From Longimicrobiales bacterium (GTDB lineage: Bacteria; Gemmatimonadota; Gemmatimonadetes; Longimicrobiales; Gaopeijiaceae), in assembly GCA_965218295.1 (NCBI GenBank), contig CBDCKN010000008.1, positions 1-64,000 on the forward strand: DNA of 64,000 bases, given 5' to 3'. The notes below the pieces were generated by a model that was not told the DNA's origin, did no database searches, and saw nothing but the letters and a program-made list of their open reading frames with translations. The position numbers and the translations under genes are program-made. Shown here piece after piece: positions 51,055 to 61,620 of this stretch (within the stretch, counting starts at the first letter, position 1; each line of letters begins with the position of its first letter).

Positions 51055-52262
51055 TGAGCCTCTATCTCTTCGACGATGCGCGTGCCCGCGGCTGGTCGCC
51101 GTTCGCCACCACCAGACCCACGGGAGAGCTCCTCTTCGGCTGCCTGCTCCTGCGCGAGCGAGCGGAAAGATTCTGGGGCAGGCGATGCGCTGGGCAGCTG
51201 GTGGATCCGGCTCTCACCGGATTCGACGAGGTCGGTTCCCCGCCGGTCGTCGATGCGGCCGCCGCAGGCGACCAGCCGCTGATCTTCTTCTCGAGTCGAG
51301 CGGTTCCCGACCTCGACTCCACGCCTCCCACCGACGCCCCGGCCAGGTTGGTCATCGACGGCCAGACCGTGGGGTGGATGGTTCCACCCGACGACGTTTC
51401 GCTCGGGGAGAGCGACTTTCTCGACCCTGAGTCTTCGACGCTGGAAGCGCCTCTTGTGGAGGTACCGGGACAGGTTCTCGGAGAGCCCTGGGAGCTGATG
51501 GCCGGGAACGGCGGGCAGGTCTGTCAGGACATCCCCGCCATCTTCTCCGAAAGCCGCTTCACGCTGCCCGAGGGCGTTCACTGCTCGGGAGCCGAGCGGA
51601 TCTCGGTGGGCTCCGGCGTGAGGCTCGAGGCCGGCGTACATCTGGACGCCACAGACGGACCGATCCGTCTCTCTGACGACGTCCACGTGCTGGCTTTCAC
51701 GCGACTAGCCGGTCCCGCCTTCGTGGGCCCCGGGACTCATATGCTCGGCGGGGCAGTCCAGAACGTCAGCATCGGCCCGGTCTGCAAGGTCCGCGGCGAA
51801 GTGGCCAGCTCCGTGGTGCTGGGATACTCCAACAAGGCCCACGACGGGTATCTGGGTCACTCCTATGTCGGGAAGTGGGTGAACCTGGGCGCCTTCACCA
51901 CCAACAGCGACCTCAAGAACAACTACAGTACTGTGCGGGTGCCTACCCCCGGGGGCCTGGTGGACACAGGCCTCATGAAGGTCGGTTGTCTGATCGGAGA
52001 TCACGCCAAGACCGGGATCGGCACGCTGCTCTCCACCGGCAGCGTCGTAGGTGCCGGCAGCAACCTGTTCGGTGGACTCATGTGCCCCAGGCACGTACCT
52101 CCCTTCACCTGGGGGTCGTGCGACACGCTCGAAGAGTACGATCTCGACCGATTCCTCGAGGCGGTTGAGCGGACCATGGGTCGCCGAGATATGCCTCTTG
52201 CCGAAGGAGCCCGTACCCTCTTGATAAACGCGTGGGAGAGCACGCGGTCGGATCGCTCGTGA
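51054..52262 (+). CDS. GlmU-like putative sugar nucleotidyltransferase with a left-handed beta-helix
   Basis: PFATTRP N-terminus; NKAHDGYLGHS, NLGA-TTNSDLKNNY, K-G--IGDH-KT. Confidence 0.85.
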   Translation: MSLYLFDDARARGWSPFATTRPTGELLFGCLLLRERAERFWGRRCAGQLVDPALTGFDEVGSPPVVDAAAAGDQPLIFFSSRAVPDLDSTPPTDAPARLVIDGQTVGWMVPPDDVSLGESDFLDPESSTLEAPLVEVPGQVLGEPWELMAGNGGQVCQDIPAIFSESRFTLPEGVHCSGAERISVGSGVRLEAGVHLDATDGPIRLSDDVHVLAFTRLAGPAFVGPGTHMLGGAVQNVSIGPVCKVRGEVASSVVLGYSNKAHDGYLGHSYVGKWVNLGAFTTNSDLKNNYSTVRVPTPGGLVDTGLMKVGCLIGDHAKTGIGTLLSTGSVVGAGSNLFGGLMCPRHVPPFTWGSCDTLEEYDLDRFLEAVERTMGRRDMPLAEGARTLLINAWESTRSDRS

Positions 52263-52359
52263 AGCTCGCCCGGGCTAATGAGTACGGTTACGCACCGAGA
52301 GGGCCGAAGCGCCCGATCCGGGACACCCGCGCCGGAAGGCGTGGGTCAGATGCGGGCTC

Positions 52360-53181
52360 GTGAGGGTCTGCGTCCTCGGAACCGGGAGCGGCGGCAACTC
52401 GACGTTGGTGGAGGCGGGTGAGACCCGTGTGCTGGTCGACGCCGGCTTCAGCGGGCGTGACCTGGAGCGACGCCTCTCCCAGGTCGGTCTGCCCCCTGAG
52501 GCCATCGACGCCATCGTCATCAGCCACGACCACGGTGATCATACCAGGGGCGCCGGCGTGTTCAGCCGCCGGCACGGGACGCCCGTCTACCTGACCGAGC
52601 GCACCCTGGCGGCCTGCTCGCGGGTCTTCCGTGGGACAGAGCCAACCGTCACTTACCGTGCGGGACGGCACTTCGAGGTCGGATCCATCCGTGTCGAGCC
52701 GTTCCTGACGGTTCACGATGCGGCGGATCCGGTGGCGGTAGCCCTGGTCGACGCGACGACAGAGACTCGGGTCGGGGTAGCCACTGACCTGGGGAGGCCG
52801 AACGCCCAGATCCGCCTGGCGCTGTCCGGCGCCGACTTTCTGATCCTTGAGGCCAATCACGACGAGGAGCTGCTCCGGACGGGACCCTATCCTTGGGCGG
52901 TCCAGCAGCGCATCGCCTCGAGCCAGGGGCATCTCTCGAACCACGCCGCCGCACGGTTCGCTTGCGAGCTGCTCCATCCGAGGCTCGCTGGCGTACTCCT
53001 GGCTCATCTCTCGCAGGAGTGCAATCGTCCCGAACTGGCGGAAGCCGTGGTAGGAGATGCCCTACGGGCCGCCGGTTACGAAGGCTTCCTGGGAGTGGCT
53101 CCTCAGGGACGGCCGACCGAGTTCATCGACATCGAGGAGCTGCGGCGCCGCACCGGACCCGCACAGCTGACGTTGCTTTAG
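52360..53181 (+). CDS. MBL-fold metallo-hydrolase (YycJ/WalJ-like)
   Basis: GSGGN, SHDHGDH, HDA, TDLG, EANHD, GHLSN, HLS. Confidence 0.9.
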   Translation: MRVCVLGTGSGGNSTLVEAGETRVLVDAGFSGRDLERRLSQVGLPPEAIDAIVISHDHGDHTRGAGVFSRRHGTPVYLTERTLAACSRVFRGTEPTVTYRAGRHFEVGSIRVEPFLTVHDAADPVAVALVDATTETRVGVATDLGRPNAQIRLALSGADFLILEANHDEELLRTGPYPWAVQQRIASSQGHLSNHAAARFACELLHPRLAGVLLAHLSQECNRPELAEAVVGDALRAAGYEGFLGVAPQGRPTEFIDIEELRRRTGPAQLTLL

Positions 53182-53210
53182 GAGCCTGGCCGAGTAATGG
53201 GGGGGACCTG

Positions 53211-54569
53211 CTAGAGGCCGAAGAGCCTGAGAATGTCGTTGGAGAGTGCCCAGAGCATGATCCCCATGACGATCAGGAAGCCGACGTGGCTCCAGCGTAG
53301 GCGCTGCTCAACCGATAGCGCCTTGCCCCGCACGGCTTCGATCCCCAAGAAGACCAGATGCCCCCCGTCCAGAATCGGGATGGGCAGGAGGTTGAGGATG
53401 GCCAGATTCACCGAGAAGAGCGCCATGAACCGCAGGAACGTTTCGAGTCCCATCTGCGCCGCCTGGCCAGACGCTGCGCCGATGGTGACGATACTCCCTA
53501 ACGATCGCGGCGACACCCCACCCGTCACCAGGTCCCGCAGGAAGTCGAGAATCAGAGCGGTTATGCCGATTGTCTCGGCCCACCCGAGCCGGATCGCCTG
53601 GGCAATGGACACCGGCTGGTACGATAGCTCCGCCCGGGGCTGGTATATGCCCACCTTCCCGACCCGGACCGTCTCGCCGGTCAAAGGATCATCATAGGTC
53701 TCCTCGTCGGGCGTGACGTAGCGCGTCAGAGGCCGACCCCGCCGCTCCAGCGACAGCTCGGTGCGCATGCCGGGTCTGGACTCGATGACGTCCACGAAAT
53801 CGTACCAGTGGGTGATCGGCACACCGTTGGCCGTCAAGATCCGGTCGCCGGCCTCGAGCCCTCCCTTGTCCGCCGGTGAGCCCGAATTGACATAGCCCAC
53901 CTCCGGCTCGACCCACAGGCGGAGGGCGCGCACGAGCTGAACCCGCACATCGGGGTCGGTGCCCAGGTCGATGGAGATCACCCCGGCGGGCTCCTCGGCG
54001 ATCACCTCGAGCGGTCCGGTGGGCGCCTCCAGGATGCCGTCGCGGATGTCGCCCGAATGTTCGACTTCCCTATCACCCACTCGAACGAGCCGAGAACCCT
54101 CTGGTAGCTCGGCGAGGGCTTCGGTTCCTTCGGGCAGGAGTCGGACTTCCACGCGGGCGATCCGGTGCTCAACGATCTCGGCCAGACCCCACACGGCGTT
54201 TACGGTGAAGTAGACGGCGAATGCAAAGGCCATGTTCATGATGACGCCGGCCGAGATCACAAACGTCCTGGCCCAGATGGGCTTCCCGTCGAAGTCGCGG
54301 GACGAGGGCTTCCGGGGCTCCTTCACCGGCCCACCCTCCATACGCTCCGTGACCTCGTCGTCCATCCCCCCCATCTTCACGTAGCCGCCGAGGGGGATCC
54401 AGCTCACCACGTACTCGGTCTCACCTTTCTGGAAGCCGAAGATCGTGGGGCCCAGACCGATGGAGAACCGCTGTACCTCCACGCCCACGGCCTTGGCCGC
54501 AAGGAAGTGCCCCAGCTCGTGGACAAAGATGAGGACGCCAAGTACGACAATGGTCGCCAGGATCGTCAT
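53211..54569 (-). CDS. rseP: Site-2 intramembrane metalloprotease RseP
   Basis: HELGH, PLGGYV, PDZ domain, NLLPIPILDGG. Confidence 0.95.
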   Translation of the reverse strand: MTILATIVVLGVLIFVHELGHFLAAKAVGVEVQRFSIGLGPTIFGFQKGETEYVVSWIPLGGYVKMGGMDDEVTERMEGGPVKEPRKPSSRDFDGKPIWARTFVISAGVIMNMAFAFAVYFTVNAVWGLAEIVEHRIARVEVRLLPEGTEALAELPEGSRLVRVGDREVEHSGDIRDGILEAPTGPLEVIAEEPAGVISIDLGTDPDVRVQLVRALRLWVEPEVGYVNSGSPADKGGLEAGDRILTANGVPITHWYDFVDVIESRPGMRTELSLERRGRPLTRYVTPDEETYDDPLTGETVRVGKVGIYQPRAELSYQPVSIAQAIRLGWAETIGITALILDFLRDLVTGGVSPRSLGSIVTIGAASGQAAQMGLETFLRFMALFSVNLAILNLLPIPILDGGHLVFLGIEAVRGKALSVEQRLRWSHVGFLIVMGIMLWALSNDILRLFGL

Positions 54570-54638
54570 TGCGTCTCTAATATCCCTCTCGTGGGCGTCT
54601 CACGCCCAGCGGTGCTCACGCCACCACCCGAATACGAA

Positions 54639-55805
54639 TCAGCCACTGGCCATGGATCGGGGCGAGGCAACGAACTCGCGAGCCGCCGCTCGGGCGGCCG
54701 CGTCTGCCTCCAGTACGTCACTCACCACCTCGACGTTCCGTCGGGGCACGTGGTCCATGGCGTGGGCGACCACGTCGGCCATCTCCAGGAATCCCACTCT
54801 TTCCGTCAGAAACGCATCTACCGCTATTTCGTTTGCTGCGTTGTAGACCGCGGGGACGGTACCCCCACGTACACCCGCTTCGACGCCGAGTGCGTAGAGC
54901 CCGAGGCGCTCGAGGTCGACTTCCTCGAAGGTGAGGGGGGACGATCGAATCGGGTCGAACGTCCTGAGCGCGGGATCTCCGACACGCTCGGGGTGGGACA
55001 GCGCGTACAGAATAGGGAGCTCCATGGTCGGAAAGCCGAGTTGGGCCAACACGGAGCCGTCAGTGAACTCGACGAAGGAGTGGACGACGGACTGGGGATG
55101 TACCACCACGTCGATCCGGTCGTACCCCATGTCGTAGAGGAAGTGGGCCTCGATGACCTCCAGGGCCTTGTTGGCCAGAGTGGCCGAGTCAATGGTGATC
55201 TTGGCGCCCATGTCCCAGGTGGGATGGCGGAGCGCCTGGCTAGGGCTGACGCCCTCCAGCTTCTCGCGGCTGAAGCCCCGGAAGGGCCCTCCCGACGCCG
55301 TGAGCACCAAACGAGCCACCGACGACAAATCGTATCCCTCCAGGCATTGTAAGATCGCCGAGTGCTCGCTGTCGATGGGGATCAGCTCACCACCACCCTG
55401 GCGGGCGGCCTCCATGACAAGGGGACCGGCGGCTGCCAGTGATTCCTTGTTCGCGAGGGCCAGGCGCTTGCCCGCTCGGAGGGCAGCGAGAGTGGCCTGC
55501 AGCCCCACCGAGCCGACGATGGCGTTTACAACCACGTCGACCTCGGGATCGGTAACCAACTCCAGCACCTCCTCCGGGCCCGCTCTCCAGTCTGCGGGTG
55601 GGAGATTCGCCCTGTCCGTGAGAGCTTCCGGATCGGCGAGCACGGCCATCGGAACCTCGTGCTCGGCGACCTGGGCAGCGAGCCGGGCGACCGATCGATG
55701 GGCGCACAGAGCCACAACACGGAAGCGGTCCGGGTGGCGCTTAACCACCGAAAGCGTGGCGCGACCGATGGAGCCCGTCGACCCCAGGATGACGATGCGT
55801 ATCAC
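54639..55805 (-). CDS. dxr: 1-deoxy-D-xylulose-5-phosphate reductoisomerase
   Basis: LGSTGSIG, LANKES, PIDSEH, HPTWDMG. Confidence 0.97.
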   Translation of the reverse strand: MIRIVILGSTGSIGRATLSVVKRHPDRFRVVALCAHRSVARLAAQVAEHEVPMAVLADPEALTDRANLPPADWRAGPEEVLELVTDPEVDVVVNAIVGSVGLQATLAALRAGKRLALANKESLAAAGPLVMEAARQGGGELIPIDSEHSAILQCLEGYDLSSVARLVLTASGGPFRGFSREKLEGVSPSQALRHPTWDMGAKITIDSATLANKALEVIEAHFLYDMGYDRIDVVVHPQSVVHSFVEFTDGSVLAQLGFPTMELPILYALSHPERVGDPALRTFDPIRSSPLTFEEVDLERLGLYALGVEAGVRGGTVPAVYNAANEIAVDAFLTERVGFLEMADVVAHAMDHVPRRNVEVVSDVLEADAAARAAAREFVASPRSMASG

Positions 55806-55807
55806 GA

Positions 55808-56677
55808 TCAGTGCCGAATCAGGACCAGGAGCCCGTAGGTGAAGGGCACAGTGAAATACAGCGCATCCAGCCGATCGAGGACTCCGCCGTGTCCCGGGAG
55901 CAGGTGGCTAGAGTCCTTCACGCCTGCCTCACGCTTGATGACCGACTCGGCTAGGTCGCCCACCTGGCCCACCGGCGCGATGAGGGCACTCACACCGGCA
56001 GCGCCCACCATGGAAAGGCCGTACACCGGGACAGCGGAGAGCCAGAGCCATGAATACAGAGCTCCGACGGCCACCGAGCCCCCGAGACCTCCCAAAGCTC
56101 CCGCAACGGTCTTCTTCGGACTCACGGCCTCGATGAGCTTGGACTTGCCGAAGCGGGTTCCCAGCCCGTACGCGAAGCTGTCCCCGAGCCAGGTGACCCA
56201 GATCGGGAAGATGAGGAGGACGGCGCCGTGAAAGGCGGTAGCGGCATCGGAGCTCTGCTCCGGGAGGGCTCGAAGCAGGATCCAAAAGGACAGCGTGCCC
56301 CCCGTATAGAGCGCTCCACCGATGGTGGTCGCCGCGGCGGCGAGGGGCTGGCCTTCCGGCCAGCGCTGCCAGAGGACCAGGGCTAGTGCCAGCAACGTGG
56401 CGGCGACCACCAGGCTCAAAGCCACCTGGGCAAAATCGTGGTAGCTCGAGTGAGTCGTCGCGAGGAGCGGCAGGACTGCTGCGACTGGGATCCCGAGCCA
56501 CCGCAGCGGCCTCGATCCCCGCGTCGCCGCCATCGAGTAGTACTCACTGGCCGAGAGACCCGAGGCCACGGCCATGAGAATGCCCAGATACCAGCCGCCC
56601 CAATAGATGATCATCACCGCCATCGGAATTCCGATGGCCGCGACGATCAACCGGCTGGCCAGCTCCCCTTTGGGCAT
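55808..56677 (-). CDS. cdsA: Phosphatidate cytidylyltransferase
   Basis: SPKKT, GDLAES-IKR, KDS, PGHGGVLDRLD. Confidence 0.95.
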   Translation of the reverse strand: MPKGELASRLIVAAIGIPMAVMIIYWGGWYLGILMAVASGLSASEYYSMAATRGSRPLRWLGIPVAAVLPLLATTHSSYHDFAQVALSLVVAATLLALALVLWQRWPEGQPLAAAATTIGGALYTGGTLSFWILLRALPEQSSDAATAFHGAVLLIFPIWVTWLGDSFAYGLGTRFGKSKLIEAVSPKKTVAGALGGLGGSVAVGALYSWLWLSAVPVYGLSMVGAAGVSALIAPVGQVGDLAESVIKREAGVKDSSHLLPGHGGVLDRLDALYFTVPFTYGLLVLIRH

Positions 56678-56691
56678 GGCGGGGGCGGCTC

Positions 56692-57438
56692 CTAGCTGAC
56701 GGTCACACGACCGAAGCGTCGATCGCGTTCCTGGTAGTCCGAAATAGCCCGGAAGAGATCGACCCCGGAGAAATCGGGCCACAATACGGGCGTGACGTGC
56801 AGCTCCGTGTAAGCGAGCTGCCAGAGCATGAAGTTGCTGATCCGGAGCTCCCCGGACGTGCGGATGAGAAGGTCGGGATCGGGGAGCCCCCTGGTGAAGA
56901 GGCTGTCACCGAACGACTCCTCATCGATTTCGCGTGGATCCAGCTCCCCCGCGGCCGCCCGCTCGGCCATGTGGCGGCACGCCCGCAGGATCTCTTCCCG
57001 GCTGGAGTACGAGATCATGAGATTGAGACGGAGATTCATGCCTCCGGCCGTCTCGGAGACGATCTCCTCCACCGCGCCTCGAGTGGACTCGTCCAGAGCG
57101 TCCACGTTACCGAGCACGTGAACCTCGACACCCTGCTCCTTGAGCTCGGCCCTCTCCTGTGCGGCGTACAAGCGCAACAAGCCCATGAGGGCCATGATCT
57201 CTCGACGCGGACGCTGCCAGTTCTCCGTGGAGAAGGCGAAGAGGGTAAGAATCTCGATTCCGGCGTCGATGGAGCCTTCAATGGCCTTCCGAACCGCCTT
57301 CATGCCCTCTTTGTGGCCCGCAACACGGGGGAGGCTGCGCTGTTTGGCCCATCGCCCGTTCCCATCCATGATGATGGCCACGTGTCGCGGGATCTGACCG
57401 TGGACGCAAATCTTCTGTAGGAGTTCCGAGGGCACCAT
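56692..57438 (-). CDS. uppS: Undecaprenyl diphosphate synthase
   Basis: IIMDGNGRW, FSTENW-RP, RTSGE-RISNF. Confidence 0.97.
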   Translation of the reverse strand: MVPSELLQKICVHGQIPRHVAIIMDGNGRWAKQRSLPRVAGHKEGMKAVRKAIEGSIDAGIEILTLFAFSTENWQRPRREIMALMGLLRLYAAQERAELKEQGVEVHVLGNVDALDESTRGAVEEIVSETAGGMNLRLNLMISYSSREEILRACRHMAERAAAGELDPREIDEESFGDSLFTRGLPDPDLLIRTSGELRISNFMLWQLAYTELHVTPVLWPDFSGVDLFRAISDYQERDRRFGRVTVS

Positions 57439-57488
57439 AACCAGTGAAGGCCGGTCGAGCGGGTCGCAGCGAGCAGCAGCGCGACCGG

Positions 57489-58043
57489 CTAGATGGCCAT
57501 CACCTCCTTCTCCTTGTGCTGAAGCATGTCGTCCATCTTCCGGATATGATCGTCCGTCAGCTTCTGGATTTCTTCGAGCTGCCGGTGACCCTCGTCATCG
57601 CCCGTCTCATGCTCCTTGATGGCGTTCTTGATGTCGTCGTTACCCACCTTGCGGGCATGCCGGATCGAGATCCGGCCCTCCTCGACCATCTGGTGTAGCA
57701 GCTTCACGTACTCCTTCCGGCGCTCCTCGTTCAGCGGCGGGATCGGAACCCGGATCAGATTCCCGTCGTTGGCAGGATTGAGTCCCAGGTCGGCTGTCAG
57801 GATCGCCCGCTCGATATCGCCTAGGAGCGCCTTGTCGTACGGCTGGACCACGAGGAGGGAAGCTTCCGGCGTCGAAATGTTGGCTACCTGATTGAGCGGC
57901 ATCTTCGAGCCGTAGGCGTCGACCCGTACGGTGTCCAGGAGGGCGGGAGTCGCTTTGCCCGTTCGAACAGTCGCGAACTCGCGGCGCAACGCTTCGATGG
58001 CGTCATCCATCTTTGACCTGGCTTCCTTCAACGACATAGCCAC
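57489..58043 (-). CDS. frr: Ribosome recycling factor
   Basis: RTGKA, LGLNP, PPLNEERRK. Confidence 0.97.
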   Translation of the reverse strand: MAMSLKEARSKMDDAIEALRREFATVRTGKATPALLDTVRVDAYGSKMPLNQVANISTPEASLLVVQPYDKALLGDIERAILTADLGLNPANDGNLIRVPIPPLNEERRKEYVKLLHQMVEEGRISIRHARKVGNDDIKNAIKEHETGDDEGHRQLEEIQKLTDDHIRKMDDMLQHKEKEVMAI

Positions 58044-58097
58044 CTCTCAGCGTGTGCTTTTTCTTCGGCACCGACCAGCGGGCCGCCTTTATCGGAG

Positions 58098-58832
58098 CTA
58101 GGAGACCAGGGTCCCTACCTTCTCTCCCCGAATGGCGGCGGCAACGGCTCCTCGATCCTCCAGATTGAGGATGATGATCGGGAGGTCGTTCTCTTTGCAA
58201 AGTGCGACCGCAGGGGCATCCATGACTCCGAGTTCCCGCGTGACAACCTCTTGAAAAGTAATGGCCGGAATGAACTGTGCCGAGGGGTCGTGAACAGGGT
58301 CGGCGCTGTAGACGCCCTTCACCTTGGTGGCCTTGATCACCACGTCGGAGCTCATCTCCATGGCCCTCAACACGGCGGCCGTATCGGTGGAGAAGTAGGG
58401 ATTGCCCGTGCCACCGGCGAAAATCACCACCCGCCCCTTCTCCATGTGCCTGAGCGCCCTCCGGCGAATGTAGGGCTCGGCCACCTCTTCCATGCGGATG
58501 GCGGTCATCACCCGGGTGGCGACTCCTTTGCGCTCGAGGAGGTCCTGGACGGCCAGGGCGTTGATGACGGTGGCGAGCATGCCCATGTAGTCCGCTTGTA
58601 CGCGGTCCATGCCCTTCTGACTCGCCAGAGCTCCCCGGACGATGTTGCCTCCCCCGATCACGAGACCCAGGCTCACCCCCATCTCGTGAACCGCCCTTAC
58701 CTCGTCGGTGAGGAGATCCACCACCGATGGCTCGATTCCGAAGCCCTGCTCACCGGCGAGGGCTTCGCCCGAGAGCTTGAGCAGGACTCTCTGGTACCTC
58801 ACACCCGGGCTCGCAGCCATCTCGGCGCTCAT
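58098..58832 (-). CDS. pyrH: UMP kinase
   Basis: [20 protein letters not shown]. Confidence 0.97.
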   Translation of the reverse strand: MSAEMAASPGVRYQRVLLKLSGEALAGEQGFGIEPSVVDLLTDEVRAVHEMGVSLGLVIGGGNIVRGALASQKGMDRVQADYMGMLATVINALAVQDLLERKGVATRVMTAIRMEEVAEPYIRRRALRHMEKGRVVIFAGGTGNPYFSTDTAAVLRAMEMSSDVVIKATKVKGVYSADPVHDPSAQFIPAITFQEVVTRELGVMDAPAVALCKENDLPIIILNLEDRGAVAAAIRGEKVGTLVS

Positions 58833-59428
58833 GTGCCCTCGCCGACTTTCATGCGGGCGAACCGGGCGACCTCGATCTTCTCGCCGGTCTTGGCCGACGT
58901 CTCGGTGATCAACTCCTCGATGGTCTGATCGGGATTCTTCACGAAGGCCTGTGGTAGTAATGTATTCTCCTTGAAGTACTTATTGAGCTTTCCCTCAACG
59001 ATTTTCTCGGCGATGTGATCGGGCTTGCCCTGTTCTTTCACCTGCTCGCGGTAGACCTTGCGCTCCCGCTCGACGATCTCAGCGGGGATGTCCTCGGGAC
59101 CCACCGCCAGCGGCGACGACGACGCGATGTGGAGCGCCAGATCCTTGGCAAGCTGTCTGAAGTCATCCGTGTTCGCCACGAAGTCCGTCTCGCAGTTGAC
59201 CTCCACGATCACAGCGGTCCGGTTGTCGAAGTGGACGTACGAGCCGATGATCCCCTCGTTGGCCGACTTCTCCCCTCTCTTGGCCGCCTTTGCGGCTCCC
59301 CTGGCCCTCAGGAGATCGATGGCCGCCTCCATGTCGCCCTCGGTCTCCACCAGCGCCTTCTTGCAGTCCATCATGCCCGCCCCGGTTCTATCGCGGAGGG
59401 CCTTCACGTCTTTCGCAGAAATCGACAT
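58829..59428 (-). CDS. tsf: Elongation factor Ts (short form)
   Basis: [20 protein letters not shown]; 199 aa. Confidence 0.97.
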   Translation of the reverse strand: MSISAKDVKALRDRTGAGMMDCKKALVETEGDMEAAIDLLRARGAAKAAKRGEKSANEGIIGSYVHFDNRTAVIVEVNCETDFVANTDDFRQLAKDLALHIASSSPLAVGPEDIPAEIVERERKVYREQVKEQGKPDHIAEKIVEGKLNKYFKENTLLPQAFVKNPDQTIEELITETSAKTGEKIEVARFARMKVGEGT

Positions 59429-59466
59429 CGTCCAGTCCGTCTCACTCGAGTTGTTGTCCTAACTAT

Positions 59467-59502
59467 AAGAAAGAGGCGGGAGCTCCCAACTGCTCCGCCT
59501 CT
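59467..59502 (-). terminator. Hairpin with a T-rich tail between rpsB and tsf
   Basis: AGAGGCGGAGC...GCTCCCGCCTCT-TTCTT. Confidence 0.5.
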
Positions 59503-59542
59503 ATCGTCCCCAAAAACAGCTGGGGCGCAGTCACTGCGGTGC

Positions 59543-60580
59543 TCAGGATTCGGATTCGGCCCCGCCCTTTTCAGCTTCAGCGTTCGCGGCGTCATCGGCG
59601 GCTTCTTCTCCGGAAGCGGCGGCCGAGCCTTCCGCTGCCGCCTCGGCGGTCGGTGCCTCGTCCTTCGTCTCCACGCCAGCAACGGACGACTCTTCCGTCT
59701 GCTCTCCACCCTCGTCCTTGGCGGCCTGGTCTCCAGCAGCGCCGTCCAATCGCTTGGCGATCATCTCGGGACGGGGATGCCGCTTCGGGCGCCGCCTGGC
59801 GGCTGGACGGTCCTGGACCTCGGTGGTCTCACCAGTCTCGGTCGAATAGGTCGTCGCCTGAGCCTCTTGAACCATCCGTTTCTTCTCTGCGGGCACCTGC
59901 GTGCTCGCCACCTGAACGGACTCGGCGATGGCCTTCGTGATCAGGCCGACGGAACGGATGGCGTCGTCGTTGCCTGGAACCGGGTACTCGATCAGATCCG
60001 GATCGGCGTTGGTATCCGTGATGGCGATGACCGGGATGCCAAGGCGATGTGCCTCGCGGACCGCGATGCCTTCACGCCTCACGTCTACCACGAAGAGGGC
60101 ACCCGGGAGGCGAGTCATGTCCTTCACCCCCGACAGGTACTTGTCGAGCTTCGACCTCTCGCGGTCGAGGAGAAGACGCTCCTTCTTGGTATAGAACTCG
60201 AAGGCGCTCTCCTCCTGGCCGCGCTCCAGCTCTTTGAGACGGCGAATCTGCTTACGGATCGTCTGAAAGTTGGTGAGCATGCCGCCGAGCCAGCGCTCGG
60301 TTACGTAGAACGCGCCGCACGCGTTGGCCTCCTGCTCGATGATCCCCCGGAGCTGCCGCTTGGTGCAGACGAAGAGGACGCGCTCGCCGGCCAGAACCAC
60401 CTCCCGCACGGCCTCCTGCGCCACGATCAGGCGATCGAGGGTCTTGCGGAGATCGATGATGTGGATGCCGTTGCGCTCCGTGAAGATGTATTTCCGCATC
60501 TTCGGATTCCAACGGCGGGTCTGGTGTCCGAAGTGGACGCCAGCCTCGAGCAGTTCGTTCAGGCCCACCTGCTGCTGCAT
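59543..60580 (-). CDS. rpsB: 30S ribosomal protein S2 with a long acidic tail
   Basis: AGVHFGH, RWNPKM, WLGGMLTNF, PGNDDAIRS. Confidence 0.97.
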   Translation of the reverse strand: MQQQVGLNELLEAGVHFGHQTRRWNPKMRKYIFTERNGIHIIDLRKTLDRLIVAQEAVREVVLAGERVLFVCTKRQLRGIIEQEANACGAFYVTERWLGGMLTNFQTIRKQIRRLKELERGQEESAFEFYTKKERLLLDRERSKLDKYLSGVKDMTRLPGALFVVDVRREGIAVREAHRLGIPVIAITDTNADPDLIEYPVPGNDDAIRSVGLITKAIAESVQVASTQVPAEKKRMVQEAQATTYSTETGETTEVQDRPAARRRPKRHPRPEMIAKRLDGAAGDQAAKDEGGEQTEESSVAGVETKDEAPTAEAAAEGSAAASGEEAADDAANAEAEKGGAESES

Positions 60581-60601
60581 GTATCTCTTCGTCTCGACGA
60601 T

Positions 60602-60994
60602 TTAACGCTTGGAGAACTGGAAGCGCTTCCGCGCCTTGGGGCGACCGGGCTTCTTCCTCTCGACCTTTCGCGAATCTCGGGTGAGGAAGTCGCCCGCCCG
60701 GAGCACTGGGCGCAGGTCCTCGTCGTGCTCTACCAGGGCCCTTGCGATACCCATGCGGAGGGCGTCGGCTTGACCCGTGGGCCCACCGCCACGGACGCGG
60801 ACCCGGATATCGAACTGCCCGTCCATCTCCACCGCCTTGAGGGGCTGCTCGATGCGCTGTTGGTGGGTAGAACGGGGAAAGTACTCTGCCAGGGGACGCG
60901 AGTTCACCGACCATTCACCCTTACCGGGCTTGAGCATCACGCGGGCGACGGCGGTCTTCCGCCGGCCTACGGTCTGAATGCTGTTTTCCGCCAT
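60602..60994 (-). CDS. rpsI: 30S ribosomal protein S9
   Basis: GRRKTAVARV, QFSKR. Confidence 0.97.
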   Translation of the reverse strand: MAENSIQTVGRRKTAVARVMLKPGKGEWSVNSRPLAEYFPRSTHQQRIEQPLKAVEMDGQFDIRVRVRGGGPTGQADALRMGIARALVEHDEDLRPVLRAGDFLTRDSRKVERKKPGRPKARKRFQFSKR

Positions 60995-61014
60995 CACATC
61001 GTTTCCGATTCCGC

Positions 61015-61443
61015 TCAGATCTCCAGGTGCTGCGGCTGCTGACTCTGATGCGGGTGCTCAGAACCCGCATAGACCTTCAGCTTCTTACGCGTGTGCCGCC
61101 CCAGCGTGTTCTTGGGAAGCATGCCCCGGACGGCCAACTCGATCACCCGATCCGGATGGGTCGCGATCATGCGCCGGAAAGGGATGTGCTTCTCGCCGCC
61201 CATGTATCCCGAGTGCCTGAAATAGGTCTTCTGATCCGCCTTGTTTCCGGTCAGCGTGACCTTCTCGGCGTTGATCACCACGACGTAATCTCCCACGTCG
61301 AGGTGGGGCGTGAACATCGGCTTATGCTTGCCACGAAGAATCCGAGCGATCTCGGTGGCGAGTCGACCCAGGGTTTTTCCCTCGGCATCGACGACCCACC
61401 AGGCGCGCTCGACCTCGTCTGCTTTCGGAGTGTATGTCTTCAC
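61015..61443 (-). CDS. rplM: 50S ribosomal protein L13
   Basis: LGRLA, GKHKP, GMLPK, HPH. Confidence 0.97.
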   Translation of the reverse strand: MKTYTPKADEVERAWWVVDAEGKTLGRLATEIARILRGKHKPMFTPHLDVGDYVVVINAEKVTLTGNKADQKTYFRHSGYMGGEKHIPFRRMIATHPDRVIELAVRGMLPKNTLGRHTRKKLKVYAGSEHPHQSQQPQHLEI

Positions 61444-61479
61444 CGTGTTCCCACGAATTGTTGAGCGACAGAGCTATAA

Positions 61480-61508
61480 AGGATAGTAGCGGCCACAGGG
61501 GGTGTCAA
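61480..61508 (-). promoter_or_regulatory. rplM operon promoter
   Basis: TTGACA-17 nt-TATCCT. Confidence 0.6.
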
Positions 61509-61620
61509 CGGGGGAAAAGGCAGCGTTTTCATGGGGTTTCGACCGGACGAGATACCCGATCGTCGTGTCTCAGCGGACGGATCCTTCCGGGCTGCCGGAC
61601 GCCTCTGTCAGCTACGCATT

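Noticed and set aside
53211..61443. rplM-rpsI fused with the rpsB-tsf-pyrH-frr-uppS-cdsA-dxr-rseP cluster
   Set aside because: A known style of housekeeping gene clustering, not a new system.
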